A stretch of DNA of 64,000 bases from an uncultured bacterium (lineage in GTDB: Bacteria > Actinomycetota > Actinomycetes > S36-B12), in NCBI GenBank assembly GCA_963793105.1, contig CAWBZB010000004.1, positions 156,210 to 220,209 on the forward strand. Direction: 5' to 3'. Both the position numbers and the translations under genes were made by a program. The notes below the pieces were generated by a model. It searched no databases. It was not told where the DNA came from and saw only the letters and a program-made list of their open reading frames with translations. Below, piece by piece: positions 44,345 through 53,673 of this stretch (its first letter is position 1; each line of letters opens with the position of its first letter).

Positions 44345-44376
44345 TCGAACGTGTGTTCGATCGAACATCTGTACGA
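44345..44376. promoter_or_regulatory. two abutting LexA (SOS) boxes
   Basis: TCGAACgtgtGTTCGA at 44345-44360 is a perfect match to actinobacterial TCGAAC-N4-GTTCGA. It is followed directly by TCGAACatctGTACGA at 44361-44376. Confidence 0.85.
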
Positions 44377-44414
44377 TGTATAGCACTGCCACGGCGACAC
44401 GTCCAGCACGACAT

Positions 44415-44430
44415 TCGAACATATGTTTGA
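44415..44430. promoter_or_regulatory. third LexA (SOS) box, proximal to lexA
   Basis: TCGAACatatGTTTGA has one mismatch to the consensus and lies 110 nt upstream of the lexA GTG. Confidence 0.75.
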
Positions 44431-44539
44431 AATTGTGAGGCGATATCGCTACCGTGACGACACGAACACTCGCACCGGGGTCTGACACTCGGGCGGGACC
44501 GGGGCCGGCAGGCGGCCCCGCAGACGAGGGGATGGACAC

Positions 44540-45248
44540 GTGGTCGCTCGAGTCACCGAACTGCCCGATGGGCCGGCCGATGAGACCGGACTGACCCCGC
44601 GACAGCGGGCCATCCTGGCCGTCATCCGAGACACGGTCGAGACTCGTGGCTACCCTCCCAGCGTCCGGGAGATCGGGGAAGGCGTCGGTCTTACCTCCCC
44701 GAGCAGCGTGGCGCATCAGCTCGGCACCCTGGAGCGCATGGGGTATCTGCGGCGCGACCCGAATCGCCCACGCGCCCTCGTCGTGGCCGACGCACCCGCT
44801 GTCCCCGTCGAGCCCACTCAGGCCCAGGGCCTCCACGTCGTCGACGGCCCGGACAGCGCGGTCCACCGACCGGAGACTGCGTACGTGCCGGTGGTGGGCC
44901 GGATCGCCGCCGGCGGTCCGATCCTCGCGGAGCAGGAGGTGGAGGCGGTGTTTCCCACTCCCCCGCGATCTCGTCGGCGAGGGCGACCTGTTCATGCTCA
45001 AGGTGGTCGGCGACTCGATGATCGACGCCGCGATCTGCGACGGCGACTGGGTGGTCGTCCGGCAGCAGAACACCGCCGAGAACGGCGACATCGTGGCCGC
45101 CCTGCTGGACGACGAGGCGACGGTCAAGACCTTCAAGCGTCGGGACGGCCACGTGTGGCTCATGCCGCACAACCCGGCCTACGCACCGATCCTGGGCGAC
45201 CACGCCACCGTCATGGGCAAGGTCGTCACCGTCCTGCGACGCGTCTGA
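44540..45248 (+). pseudogene. lexA: LexA repressor, reading frame broken by an extra T in a TTT run at 44951-44953 (or an assembly indel)
   Basis: N-terminal wHTH and cleavage site ([21 protein letters not shown]) are in ORF 44540..45586. The C-terminal peptidase domain ([22 protein letters not shown]...TVKTFKR...) is in ORF 44646..45248. Removing one t restores ...[12 protein letters not shown]. Confidence 0.85.
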
Positions 45249-45301
45249 CGCCCCGCCCGCGCCTCAGCGCGGATGCGGGAACGATGAGGGACCATGGGGG
45301 C

Positions 45302-46191
45302 ATGCGTTCGGCGTTCCTCCTCCTTGCGGTCGTGATCGGCCTGTCCGGGTGCGCCACCGTGGCTCAGGGCGCCGCAGCCCCGTCAGCCGCCGACAGCTCT
45401 TCGACGCCGTCGGCCCCCTCCGCGCCATCGTCGGCAGGTCCCTCGCCCGCAGCCCCCACGTCGTCGACCCACACCTGCGCCCGACGCAGCCCGCCGAGCC
45501 CACGGCCTCGCCGGCTCCCGTATCGACCCCCGCCCCGACCCCCACCCCGACCAGCGATCCCGCTCCCCCCGGGTCCTTCGTCCTGAGCGACTCCATCGGC
45601 CTGTCGGTCGCCCCGCTGCTGTCGCGCTTCGGGTACCCGGTCACCGGACGAGTCGGCCAGTCCGCCCACGCCGCCTTCCTCGAGCAGCACCTCAGCAGTG
45701 CCGCGGCTCAGTCGGCCCCCGGCTGGGTCATCGTCCTGGGCACCAACAATCGCGGCGACGAGAGCGACGTCGCTCGGGTGGCGGAGTGGATCGACGTGAT
45801 CGCCGGACTGCGCACCCCCGGCGCCAAGCAGCAGGTGTTCTGGGTCACTCCGCACCGACCGGAGGCGTACACCGGCAGCCTGTCCCGCTGGAGCCTGGCG
45901 GCCCTCAACGACGAACTCGAACGGCTGGCCGGCGAGCGTCGCTGGCTGCACGTCCTTGACTTCGACGCCGAGGCGGCCGCCCACCCGGAGTGGTTCACGC
46001 AGGATGGCGGCCGGCTCCACCCGGATCGTTCCGGGCAGGCGGCGCTCGCCGCACTGATCGCCGGGGGTGACGCGCGGCCCGCCGCCCGTCCGGCGCCCGT
46101 CACCGCGCTGGAGTGGCCGACCCCCACCCCGTCGCCGTCCCCGACGCCGGAGAGCACCGAGTACGAGGTCTTCGACAACGACGCAGAGTAG
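45302..46191 (+). pseudogene. SGNH-like lipoprotein; frameshift inside the Pro/Ser/Thr-rich linker (~45430-45490)
   Basis: Lipoprotein signal [17 protein letters not shown] is in the frame of ORF 44540..45586. The body ([11 protein letters not shown]...VIVLGTNN...DGGRLHPD) is in ORF 45349..46191, which lacks any signal peptide. Confidence 0.6.
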
Positions 46192-46232
46192 GTCCGGTCG
46201 CGTGCCGCGTACCGTCGAAATACCGTAGGTCC

Positions 46233-47057
46233 ATGGCATCCATACCCTCACTCACCCTCAACGACGGTCAGGCGATTCCGCAGATCGGCTTCGGCGTCTG
46301 GCAGGTTCCGGACGACGTGGTGACCGAGGCCACCCTCACCGCCTTCGAGTGCGGATACCGCCACGTCGACACCGCCGCTCTGTACTACAACGAAGGGGGC
46401 GTGGGCCGAGCCATCGCCGCCAGCGGCCTGCCGCGCGAGGACGTCTTCGTCACCACCAAGGTGTGGAACACCGACCACGGCTATGACGCCACCCAGCGGG
46501 CAATGGACAAGAGCCTGGGCCTCCTCGGCCTGGATCACGTGGACCTCTACCTCATCCACTGGCCCTCCCCCGCCACCGGCGACTACGTCGAGACCTGGCG
46601 ATCGGTCCTGGACCTGCAGCAGCAGGGTCTGACCACGTCTGTCGGCGTCTCCAACTTCCAGGTGGCGCACATGCAGCGGATCATCGACGAGTTCGGCGTC
46701 GTGCCCGCGGTGGACCAGGTCGAGTTGCACCCGTGGCTGCCGCAGTCGCAGGTCCGCACCTTCAACGCCGACCACGGCATCGTGACCGAGGCGTGGAGTC
46801 CGCTGGCCTCGGGAGAGCTCCTCGACGACGCGACCCTGGCGGGGATCGGCGCCAAGCACGGCAAGAGCGCGGCCCAGGTGATGATCCGCTGGCACCTCCA
46901 GCTCGGGAACGTCGTGCTGCCGAAGTCGGTGACCCCAGCCCGGATCGCCGAGAACGTGGATGTCTTGGACTTCGAGCTCGACCCCGAGGACCTGGCGGCC
47001 ATCGGGGGGCTCGAGACGGGCCACCGCACCGGACCGAACCCCGACGAGTTCATGTAG
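46233..47057 (+). CDS. aldo/keto reductase (2,5-diketo-D-gluconate-reductase-like)
   Basis: In ORF 46113..47057. ATG 46233 gives MASIPSLTLNDGQAIPQIGFGVW. Motifs HVDTAALYYNE, LIHWP and VLPKS. Confidence 0.88.
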   Translation: MASIPSLTLNDGQAIPQIGFGVWQVPDDVVTEATLTAFECGYRHVDTAALYYNEGGVGRAIAASGLPREDVFVTTKVWNTDHGYDATQRAMDKSLGLLGLDHVDLYLIHWPSPATGDYVETWRSVLDLQQQGLTTSVGVSNFQVAHMQRIIDEFGVVPAVDQVELHPWLPQSQVRTFNADHGIVTEAWSPLASGELLDDATLAGIGAKHGKSAAQVMIRWHLQLGNVVLPKSVTPARIAENVDVLDFELDPEDLAAIGGLETGHRTGPNPDEFM

Positions 47058-47060
47058 GGG

Positions 47061-49067
47061 CTAGTCGGTGAACCCGTCGCGCAGGCGCTCGAGGGAGCCG
47101 ATGACGGTGGCGCGGTCGGTGGTGTACCAGAAGGGCGGCAGGCTGTCCCTCAGGGCTCGTGAGTAGCCCGCCGTCGCGAGCCGGGAGTCCAGGACGGCCA
47201 CGACTCCGCGATCCTCGGTCCCGCGAATGAGCCGCCCGGCGCCCTGGGCAAGCAGCAGCCCCGCCCTCGGCACCGAGACCGCGCGGAATCCCGAGCCACC
47301 CTCGTCGTCGACCGCCTTCTGGCGGGCGGCGACCAGCGGATCGTCGGGGCGCGGGAACGGAATCCGATCGATCACCACGAGGATGCATGACTCACCCGGG
47401 ACGTCGACCCCCTGCCACAGCGAGACGGTCCCGAGCAGCGTGCTCGCCGGCTCGCCCGCGAACCGCTCGACGAGGCCGCCCACAGCATCTCCGCGACGCT
47501 GGATCAGCAGCGGCAGGTCTGGCCGCTCGCCCAGACGCACTCTGAGGTACTCGGCGGCCCGCTCGACGCCGCGCCAGCTGCTGAACAGCGCCAGGGTGCG
47601 TCCCCCGGCCGCCTCGATCAGGTCGGCGAGCTCGTCGAGTGCCTCCATCGCCACCCCGTCGCGCCCCGGCGCAGGGATGTCCTTCGCGACGTAGAGGATC
47701 CCCTGGCGAGCATGGTCGAACGGGGATCCGACATCGACGGTCTGCGCCTCGTCGTTGTCGAGCCCCAGCGCCGCCAGCAGTGCATCGAATCCGCCTCCAA
47801 CGGTCAGCGTCGCGCTCGTCATCGCGACCGGGCCACGGTCGAACAGTGCGGTGCGCAGCAGGGCCGACACCGAGAGCGGCGCGATCTTCAGCATCGGGGA
47901 TCTCGCCGCGGACTCCCCCGGATCCAGCCAGACCACGTCCTGTGCCCCCATGGCGAGCAGGGCACCCGCCACGTCGTGCACCTCCTCGAGCGCTCCCCGG
48001 GCCTGCTGGCGCGCCGCGAGCGCGTCCTGGTCCTTGGTGTCCTTGACCGCGTTGACCTCGGCGATGGCCTGGTGGAACGCATCCCGCGTCAGGGTGAGCG
48101 CCAGCAGGAGGGGGCGACCGAAGTCCGTGAGCCGCGTGGGACCCTTGGCAGCCGCGGCGTCCGCACGCAGCGCCGTGTCGAGTCCCTCGACCGCACGCTC
48201 GAGGTTCTCCAGCGTCTCCGGGTCCACGAGCCGGCGCGCGCGGCCCATGGCCTTCTCCGCCATGCTCACCGTGAGCTCGCTCGTGATCGCCTGAGTCGCC
48301 CGATCGACCAGCTCGTGACCCTCGTCGATGATCACGGCGTCGTGCTCCGGAAGGACCGGGATGCCCTCGATCGCGTCGATCGCCAGCATCGCGTGGTTGG
48401 TCACGACGAGGTCGGCCTCCTGAGCCTGCCAGCGACGCTTGACCGTGAAGCACTCCTCGCCATAGGCGCACCTGCTCTCGCCGACGCATTCGCGCCTGCC
48501 GACGGAGAAGGCCCGCCACACCCGGGCATCGACATCGTCGGGATACTCGTCGCGATCACCCGTCTTCGTGGACTCCGCCCACGCGCGCACCGCCACCGAC
48601 TGCTGTCCCAGGGCGCTCTTCGGGGCATCGAAGAGCGCCTCCGACTCGTCCTCGGGCACGGAGCCGTGGAGCTTCTGCAGGCACACGTAGTTGTTGCGCC
48701 CCTTCAGAACGGCGAACCTCAGCGGTCGGCCGACGATCGGCTCCAGCGCCTCGGACACGCGGGGCAGGTCCCGGTCCACGAGCTGCTTCTGAAGTGCGAT
48801 CGTCGCGGTCGCGACCACCACCGGGCCGCCCTCGGGCGCCAGGGCGTGCAGGGCCGCGGGCACCAGGTACCCGACGGACTTCCCGGTGCCCGTCCCCGCT
48901 TGCACGATCGCGTGCCGATCGCCACTCAAGGCACGGGAGACCGTCTGCGCCATGAGGAGCTGGCCCTCGCGGTCCTGGCCGCCGATCGACTCGACGACCG
49001 CCATGAGCGCCTGGGCAAGGTCGGTCGGCTCCTGCTCCTCAGGCATCGACGGCGGCCGCGAGCTCAT
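47061..49067 (-). CDS. dinG: DinG-family (Rad3-related) ATP-dependent DNA helicase
   Basis: ORF 47061..49067. Walker A QAGTGTGKS and DEGHEL box. The Cys cluster (CLQ...C...C...C) region is consistent with an Fe-S helicase. Confidence 0.85.
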   Translation of the reverse strand: MSSRPPSMPEEQEPTDLAQALMAVVESIGGQDREGQLLMAQTVSRALSGDRHAIVQAGTGTGKSVGYLVPAALHALAPEGGPVVVATATIALQKQLVDRDLPRVSEALEPIVGRPLRFAVLKGRNNYVCLQKLHGSVPEDESEALFDAPKSALGQQSVAVRAWAESTKTGDRDEYPDDVDARVWRAFSVGRRECVGESRCAYGEECFTVKRRWQAQEADLVVTNHAMLAIDAIEGIPVLPEHDAVIIDEGHELVDRATQAITSELTVSMAEKAMGRARRLVDPETLENLERAVEGLDTALRADAAAAKGPTRLTDFGRPLLLALTLTRDAFHQAIAEVNAVKDTKDQDALAARQQARGALEEVHDVAGALLAMGAQDVVWLDPGESAARSPMLKIAPLSVSALLRTALFDRGPVAMTSATLTVGGGFDALLAALGLDNDEAQTVDVGSPFDHARQGILYVAKDIPAPGRDGVAMEALDELADLIEAAGGRTLALFSSWRGVERAAEYLRVRLGERPDLPLLIQRRGDAVGGLVERFAGEPASTLLGTVSLWQGVDVPGESCILVVIDRIPFPRPDDPLVAARQKAVDDEGGSGFRAVSVPRAGLLLAQGAGRLIRGTEDRGVVAVLDSRLATAGYSRALRDSLPPFWYTTDRATVIGSLERLRDGFTD

Positions 49068-50505
49068 TGGCGAGGGCCTCCGGGACCCGGGCTCGTAGCC
49101 GGGTTCCGGTATCGCCGTGCGCCTCGCTCACGACCTCGCCCTGGCGGTGCGCCCGGCTCACGAGATCCCCCCGCGAGTACGGGACGAGCAGGTCGACGTC
49201 GACCAGCCCGGACGGCAGGTCCGCTTCGATGGCCTGGAGCAGCTCGTCGAACCCGGCTCCGGTGCGGGCCGAGACCACGACGGAGTGCGGCTCTCGTCGC
49301 AGGAGCGCGGCCACCGCCTCGGTGTCGGCCACATCCGACTTGTTCACCACGATGAGTTCGGGCACGTTGCCTGCCCCGATCTCGTCGAGGACCTCCCGCA
49401 CGGCGGCCACCTGCTCCTCCGGCGCATCGTCTGATCCGTCCACGACGTGGAGGATCAGGTCAGCGTCGACGACCTCCTCCAGCGTGGAGCGAAAGGCCTC
49501 GACCAGCTGGTGCGGCAGGTGCCTCACGAAGCCGACCGTGTCGGCGATCGTGTACTCACGCCCGCTCGGCGTCCGGGTCTTGCGCACCGTGGGATCGAGC
49601 GTGGCGAACAGCGAGTCCTCGACCAGGACCCCTGCGCCGGTGATCCGGTTCAGCAGGCTGGACTTGCCGGCGTTCGTGTAGCCCGCGATGGCCACTGCCG
49701 GAACCCCCGCCCGATGCCGGGCAGACCGTTGCGTCGAGCGCGACTTCTCCATCTCCTTCAGCTGCTTGCGGAGCTTGGACATCTGGGAGCGGATGCGTCG
49801 ACGATCGGTCTCGATCTTGGTCTCGCCGGGCCCACGCGTGCCCACGCCGCCGGTGGCACCGCCGGCACGCCCGCCGGCCTGCCGGGAGAGGGACTCGCCC
49901 CAGCCGCGCAGTCTCGGCAGCAGGTACTGCATCTGCGCCAGGCTGACCTGCGCCTTGCCCTCGCGGCTGCGGGCGTGCTGAGCGAAGATGTCGAGGATCA
50001 GCCACGTGCGGTCGACGACCTTGACCTTGACGATGTCCTCGAGCTGCCTGAGCTGCCCGGGCGTCAGTTCGCCGTCGCAGATCACGGTGTCGGCGCCGGT
50101 CTCCACCACGATGGAGCGCAGCTCGCGCGCCTTGCCCGAGCCCAGGTAGGTCGCCGGATCAGGGGTGTCGCGGCGCTGGATGACGCCTTCGAGCACGACG
50201 GAGCCGGCGGTCTCCGCCAGCAGGGCCAGTTCGGCGAGGCTGCGCTCGGCGTCGCGCACCGAGCCCTCGGTCCACACCCCGGCGAGGACGACGCGCTCGA
50301 GGCGCACCTGCCGGTACTCGACCTCGGTGACGTCCTCAAGCTCCGTCGACAGTCCGCCGACCCTGCGCAGGGCCTGCCGTTCCTCCAGCTCATAGCCGCC
50401 GGTGCCGGACTCGTGTCGACCGTCGCGGTCACTGGTCGCCGGTGGCGGGTCGACGGACCGGTCCAGGGGCCGGTCCAGGGGCTGATCCATGGGGTCGTCT
50501 CGCAT
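49039..50505 (-). CDS. hflX: GTPase HflX
   Basis: ORF 49039..50505. HflX N-domain (GKARELRSIV...DGELTPGQLRQLE) and G-domain GYTNAGKSSL, DTVGF, NKSD. Confidence 0.92.
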   Translation of the reverse strand: MRDDPMDQPLDRPLDRSVDPPPATSDRDGRHESGTGGYELEERQALRRVGGLSTELEDVTEVEYRQVRLERVVLAGVWTEGSVRDAERSLAELALLAETAGSVVLEGVIQRRDTPDPATYLGSGKARELRSIVVETGADTVICDGELTPGQLRQLEDIVKVKVVDRTWLILDIFAQHARSREGKAQVSLAQMQYLLPRLRGWGESLSRQAGGRAGGATGGVGTRGPGETKIETDRRRIRSQMSKLRKQLKEMEKSRSTQRSARHRAGVPAVAIAGYTNAGKSSLLNRITGAGVLVEDSLFATLDPTVRKTRTPSGREYTIADTVGFVRHLPHQLVEAFRSTLEEVVDADLILHVVDGSDDAPEEQVAAVREVLDEIGAGNVPELIVVNKSDVADTEAVAALLRREPHSVVVSARTGAGFDELLQAIEADLPSGLVDVDLLVPYSRGDLVSRAHRQGEVVSEAHGDTGTRLRARVPEALANELAAAVDA

Positions 50506-50719
50506 GAGGAGACCAGCGTGTCATGCCAGGGACGGCACACCAAACGGTGGTCCACACCCCGCAGAGGGCCCGCGTGGCGCGGCCCTTCGCGATAGGGACC
50601 GCCGCGGCAGTTGTCGCGGGATGCCACCTGCGGCGCCGTGGGAGTGGCAGCATGGCGCTGCCGGCCGACATCGCCGAGGACACGGCACCGACGCCGCAGA
50701 GCACTAGGAGGCAGCCCGC

Positions 50720-52384
50720 GTGCTTGACATCGACATCGCCCAGGCCGCGACCATGGACCCGATCGTCCTGGTTGCGGAGCGACTGGGCATCCCCGAGGCC
50801 CATGTCGAGCAGTACGGCCGCTACAAGGCGAAGGTGTCGTTGGACTACCTGTCCACCCTGCCCAGCAATCCCGATGCCCGTCTCATCCTGGTCACCGCCA
50901 TCAGCCCGACCCCTCCCGGCGAGGGCAAGACCACCACCAGCGTCGGCCTCGCAGACGCCCTGCAGTCCCTCGGCGCACGCACGATGGCCTGCCTGCGCGA
51001 GCCCTCACTCGGACCGGTCTTCGGGATGAAGGGCGGTGCCGCCGGTGGTGGGTATGCGCAGATCGTCCCGATGGAGGACATCAACCTCCACTTCACCGGG
51101 GACTTCAGCGCCATCGGGCTGGCGAACAACCTGCTGGCCGCGCTGATCGACAACCACATCCACCACGGGAACGCCCTCGACATCGACGTGCGGCGCATCA
51201 CCTGGAAGCGCGCCGTCGACATGAACGACCGCGCGCTGCGCGACATCGTCGTGTCCCTCGGCGGCCCCGGCAACGGCTACCCCCGGGAGGACGGCTTCGA
51301 CATCGTGGTCGCCTCCGAGGTCATGGCCATCTTCTGCCTTGCCACGTCGGTCGAGGACCTCAGGGACCGGCTCGGACGCATCGTCGTCGCACACACGAGG
51401 GACCGCCGACCCGTGCGTGCTAGCGACCTGAACGCGCAGGGCGCCATGGCGGTGCTGCTCAAGGACGCCTTCGCCCCCAACCTTGTCCAGACCCTCGAGC
51501 ACACTCCAGCGTTCGTCCACGGCGGACCGTTCGCGAACATCGCCCATGGCTGCAACTCGGTCGTCGCCACGACATCGGCCATGAAGCTGGCGGACTACGT
51601 CGTGACCGAGGCCGGCTTCGGCGCGGACCTCGGGGCCGAGAAGTTCGTCGACATCATGTGCCGATCGTCGGGGCTGCGGCCGTCCGCGGTCGTCCTGGTC
51701 GCCACCGTGCGCGCACTCAAGTACCACGGGGGCTGCGATCTCGCCGCGATCGCCGACGAGAACCTCGATGCGCTCGCGGCGGGCATGGCGAACCTCGAGC
51801 GGCACGTCGCCAACATCAGGGATGTGTACGGCATGCCCTGCATCGTCGCCGTCAACAGATTCGACAGCGACCTGCCCGCGGAGCTCGACCTCCTGCAGGC
51901 TCGCGTCCGCGCACTGGGCGTCGAGATCGTCCTCGCCTCCCACTGGGCCGACGGCAGCACGGGCGCGGTCGACCTGGCCCGCTCGGTGATCGCCGCATGC
52001 GACCAGCCGTCGACGATGACCTACGTCTACGAGGACGAGGCCTCGCTGTGGGACAAGGCGTGTGCCGTCGCGACCCGCGTCTACGGGGCGAGCGAGGTCA
52101 CTGCGGACTCCAAGATCCGGACCCAGATCAAGGACCTGGACGCTCAGGGCTACGGGCACTTCCCCGTCTGCATCGCCAAGACGCAGTTCTCGTTCTCCAC
52201 AGACGCGCGGCTCCGCGGGGCACCGACCGGTCACAGCGTGAACATCCGCGAGGTGCGCCTGGCCGCGGGCGCGGGATTCATCGTGCTGGTGTGCGGGGAC
52301 ATCATGACGATGCCGGGGCTGCCGAGGGTCCCGTCCAGCGATCGCATCGACGTGGTGGACGGCACGGTCGTGGGACTGTTCTGA
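50720..52384 (+). CDS. fhs: formate--tetrahydrofolate ligase
   Basis: ORF 50720..52384. GTG follows aggagg. [16 protein letters not shown]-loop; collinear with Fhs throughout. Confidence 0.95.
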   Translation: MLDIDIAQAATMDPIVLVAERLGIPEAHVEQYGRYKAKVSLDYLSTLPSNPDARLILVTAISPTPPGEGKTTTSVGLADALQSLGARTMACLREPSLGPVFGMKGGAAGGGYAQIVPMEDINLHFTGDFSAIGLANNLLAALIDNHIHHGNALDIDVRRITWKRAVDMNDRALRDIVVSLGGPGNGYPREDGFDIVVASEVMAIFCLATSVEDLRDRLGRIVVAHTRDRRPVRASDLNAQGAMAVLLKDAFAPNLVQTLEHTPAFVHGGPFANIAHGCNSVVATTSAMKLADYVVTEAGFGADLGAEKFVDIMCRSSGLRPSAVVLVATVRALKYHGGCDLAAIADENLDALAAGMANLERHVANIRDVYGMPCIVAVNRFDSDLPAELDLLQARVRALGVEIVLASHWADGSTGAVDLARSVIAACDQPSTMTYVYEDEASLWDKACAVATRVYGASEVTADSKIRTQIKDLDAQGYGHFPVCIAKTQFSFSTDARLRGAPTGHSVNIREVRLAAGAGFIVLVCGDIMTMPGLPRVPSSDRIDVVDGTVVGLF

Positions 52385-52411
52385 TGGAGTCGTGCACATG
52401 ACGGGCCCGAC

Positions 52412-53227
52412 ATGGGCGTGACCACGAGCCGGCGCGGCATCGTCCGGGTCGTCGACGGCGAGCCGATCCCGACCACCGACCTCGTCGCAGTCGAGTCCCC
52501 GCTCACGATCGTCCTGGACGGCCGAGTGCTCGTGACCACCATGCGCACCCCGGGGCACGACCTGGAACTGGTCGCGGGCTGGCTCGTGAACGAGTCCGGC
52601 GTCCGGCATCCCTCGGACGTCGCCGCCATGGGAGCCTTCGCCACCCAGTCCGGCGACGAGGTCGACACCGTGCGCATCACCCTCGACCCCGGTGTCACTG
52701 CGCCCCGCGCACGGGCCTTCGTGACCACCAGTGCGTGCGGCGTGTGCAGCGCCGACGTCCTCGCCGCCTTCAGCGGGCCCGACGCGCCACTGCACACGGC
52801 CGAGTGGCGCCTCCCCTCGGACGACATCCCGTCGCTGGTCGACGTCATGCGCTCAGGGCAGCGGATGTTCGACCAGACCGGGGCCCTCCACGCGGCGGCG
52901 CTCGTCTCGCCGGAACTCGAGCTCCTCTGGGTCCGGGAGGACGTCGGACGGCACAACGCCGTGGACAAGGCCATCGGCAAGGCGTTCTTCGAGGACCTGC
53001 TCCCCCTGACCGATCACGTGCTCGTCGTCAGCGGACGCGTCTCCTACGAGATCGTGCACAAGGCCCTGACCGCCGGCATCGGTGCGGTCGTCGCGGTGTC
53101 CGGGCCCACCAGCCTGGCCGTCGACCTCGCGCGTGCCCACGGTCTCGTGGTGGCCGGCTTCGCCCGGGGGGACCGCATCAACGTGTACGCCGGGGCCGAG
53201 CGGCTGGCGACAGGAGTGCGGGCATGA
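52412..53227 (+). CDS. fdhD: formate dehydrogenase accessory sulfurtransferase FdhD
   Basis: ORF 52412..53227. SACGVCS and GRHNAVDKAIG motifs. Confidence 0.9.
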   Translation: MGVTTSRRGIVRVVDGEPIPTTDLVAVESPLTIVLDGRVLVTTMRTPGHDLELVAGWLVNESGVRHPSDVAAMGAFATQSGDEVDTVRITLDPGVTAPRARAFVTTSACGVCSADVLAAFSGPDAPLHTAEWRLPSDDIPSLVDVMRSGQRMFDQTGALHAAALVSPELELLWVREDVGRHNAVDKAIGKAFFEDLLPLTDHVLVVSGRVSYEIVHKALTAGIGAVVAVSGPTSLAVDLARAHGLVVAGFARGDRINVYAGAERLATGVRA

Positions 53228-53673
53228 CACCCGGCGACCGGTGGTCAGCCGACCGTGCGCGCGAGGTCCTCGGCCGCATCGACGATCCGGGCCCGGTGCT
53301 GCTCGCCCTGCAGGCCCTCCAGGAGGAGTTCGGGTACGTGCCTGCCGAGTCCGTGCCCCTGGTGGCCGAGGTGTTCAACGTCAGCCGCGCAGACGTGTAC
53401 GGGGTCCTGACCTTCTACCGCGACCTGCGGCAGGCGCCCCCTCCCGCATTGCGGATCGAGGTATGCATGGGCGAGGCCTGCCAGTCCGTCGGCTCCCGCG
53501 TTCTGCGCCGCTCGGCCGATTCCGTGGCGGGCGACCAGGGAGAGGTGCGTGACGTGTTCTGCCTGGGCAACTGCGCGCTGGGACCCGCAGCGACGGTGAA
53601 CGGCCGACTGATGGGCCGGGTCACCGGCGAGGCGCTGCTCCGCGCCGCGACCGGCGAGGGGGAACGCTCGTGA
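53224..53673 (+). CDS. fdsG: NAD-dependent formate dehydrogenase gamma subunit (NuoE-like 2Fe-2S)
   Basis: In ORF 52735..53673. ATG 53224 overlaps the fdhD stop (ATGA). CMGEAC...CLGNC cysteine pattern. Confidence 0.8.
   Translation: MTPGDRWSADRAREVLGRIDDPGPVLLALQALQEEFGYVPAESVPLVAEVFNVSRADVYGVLTFYRDLRQAPPPALRIEVCMGEACQSVGSRVLRRSADSVAGDQGEVRDVFCLGNCALGPAATVNGRLMGRVTGEALLRAATGEGERS

Noticed and set aside
50506-50719. A ZTP (pfl) or THF riboswitch upstream of fhs, a common arrangement in Actinobacteria.
   Set aside because: - I could only find fragments (uggcg ... ccgccgcggca) that loosely resemble the pfl motif pseudoknot partners.
- The conserved GGGUCGUGACUGGCG and CCGCCUGGGCA blocks are not present.
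- The 214-bp region must also house the divergent hflX promoter.
- An Infernal scan with Rfam RF01750 and RF01831 would settle it.
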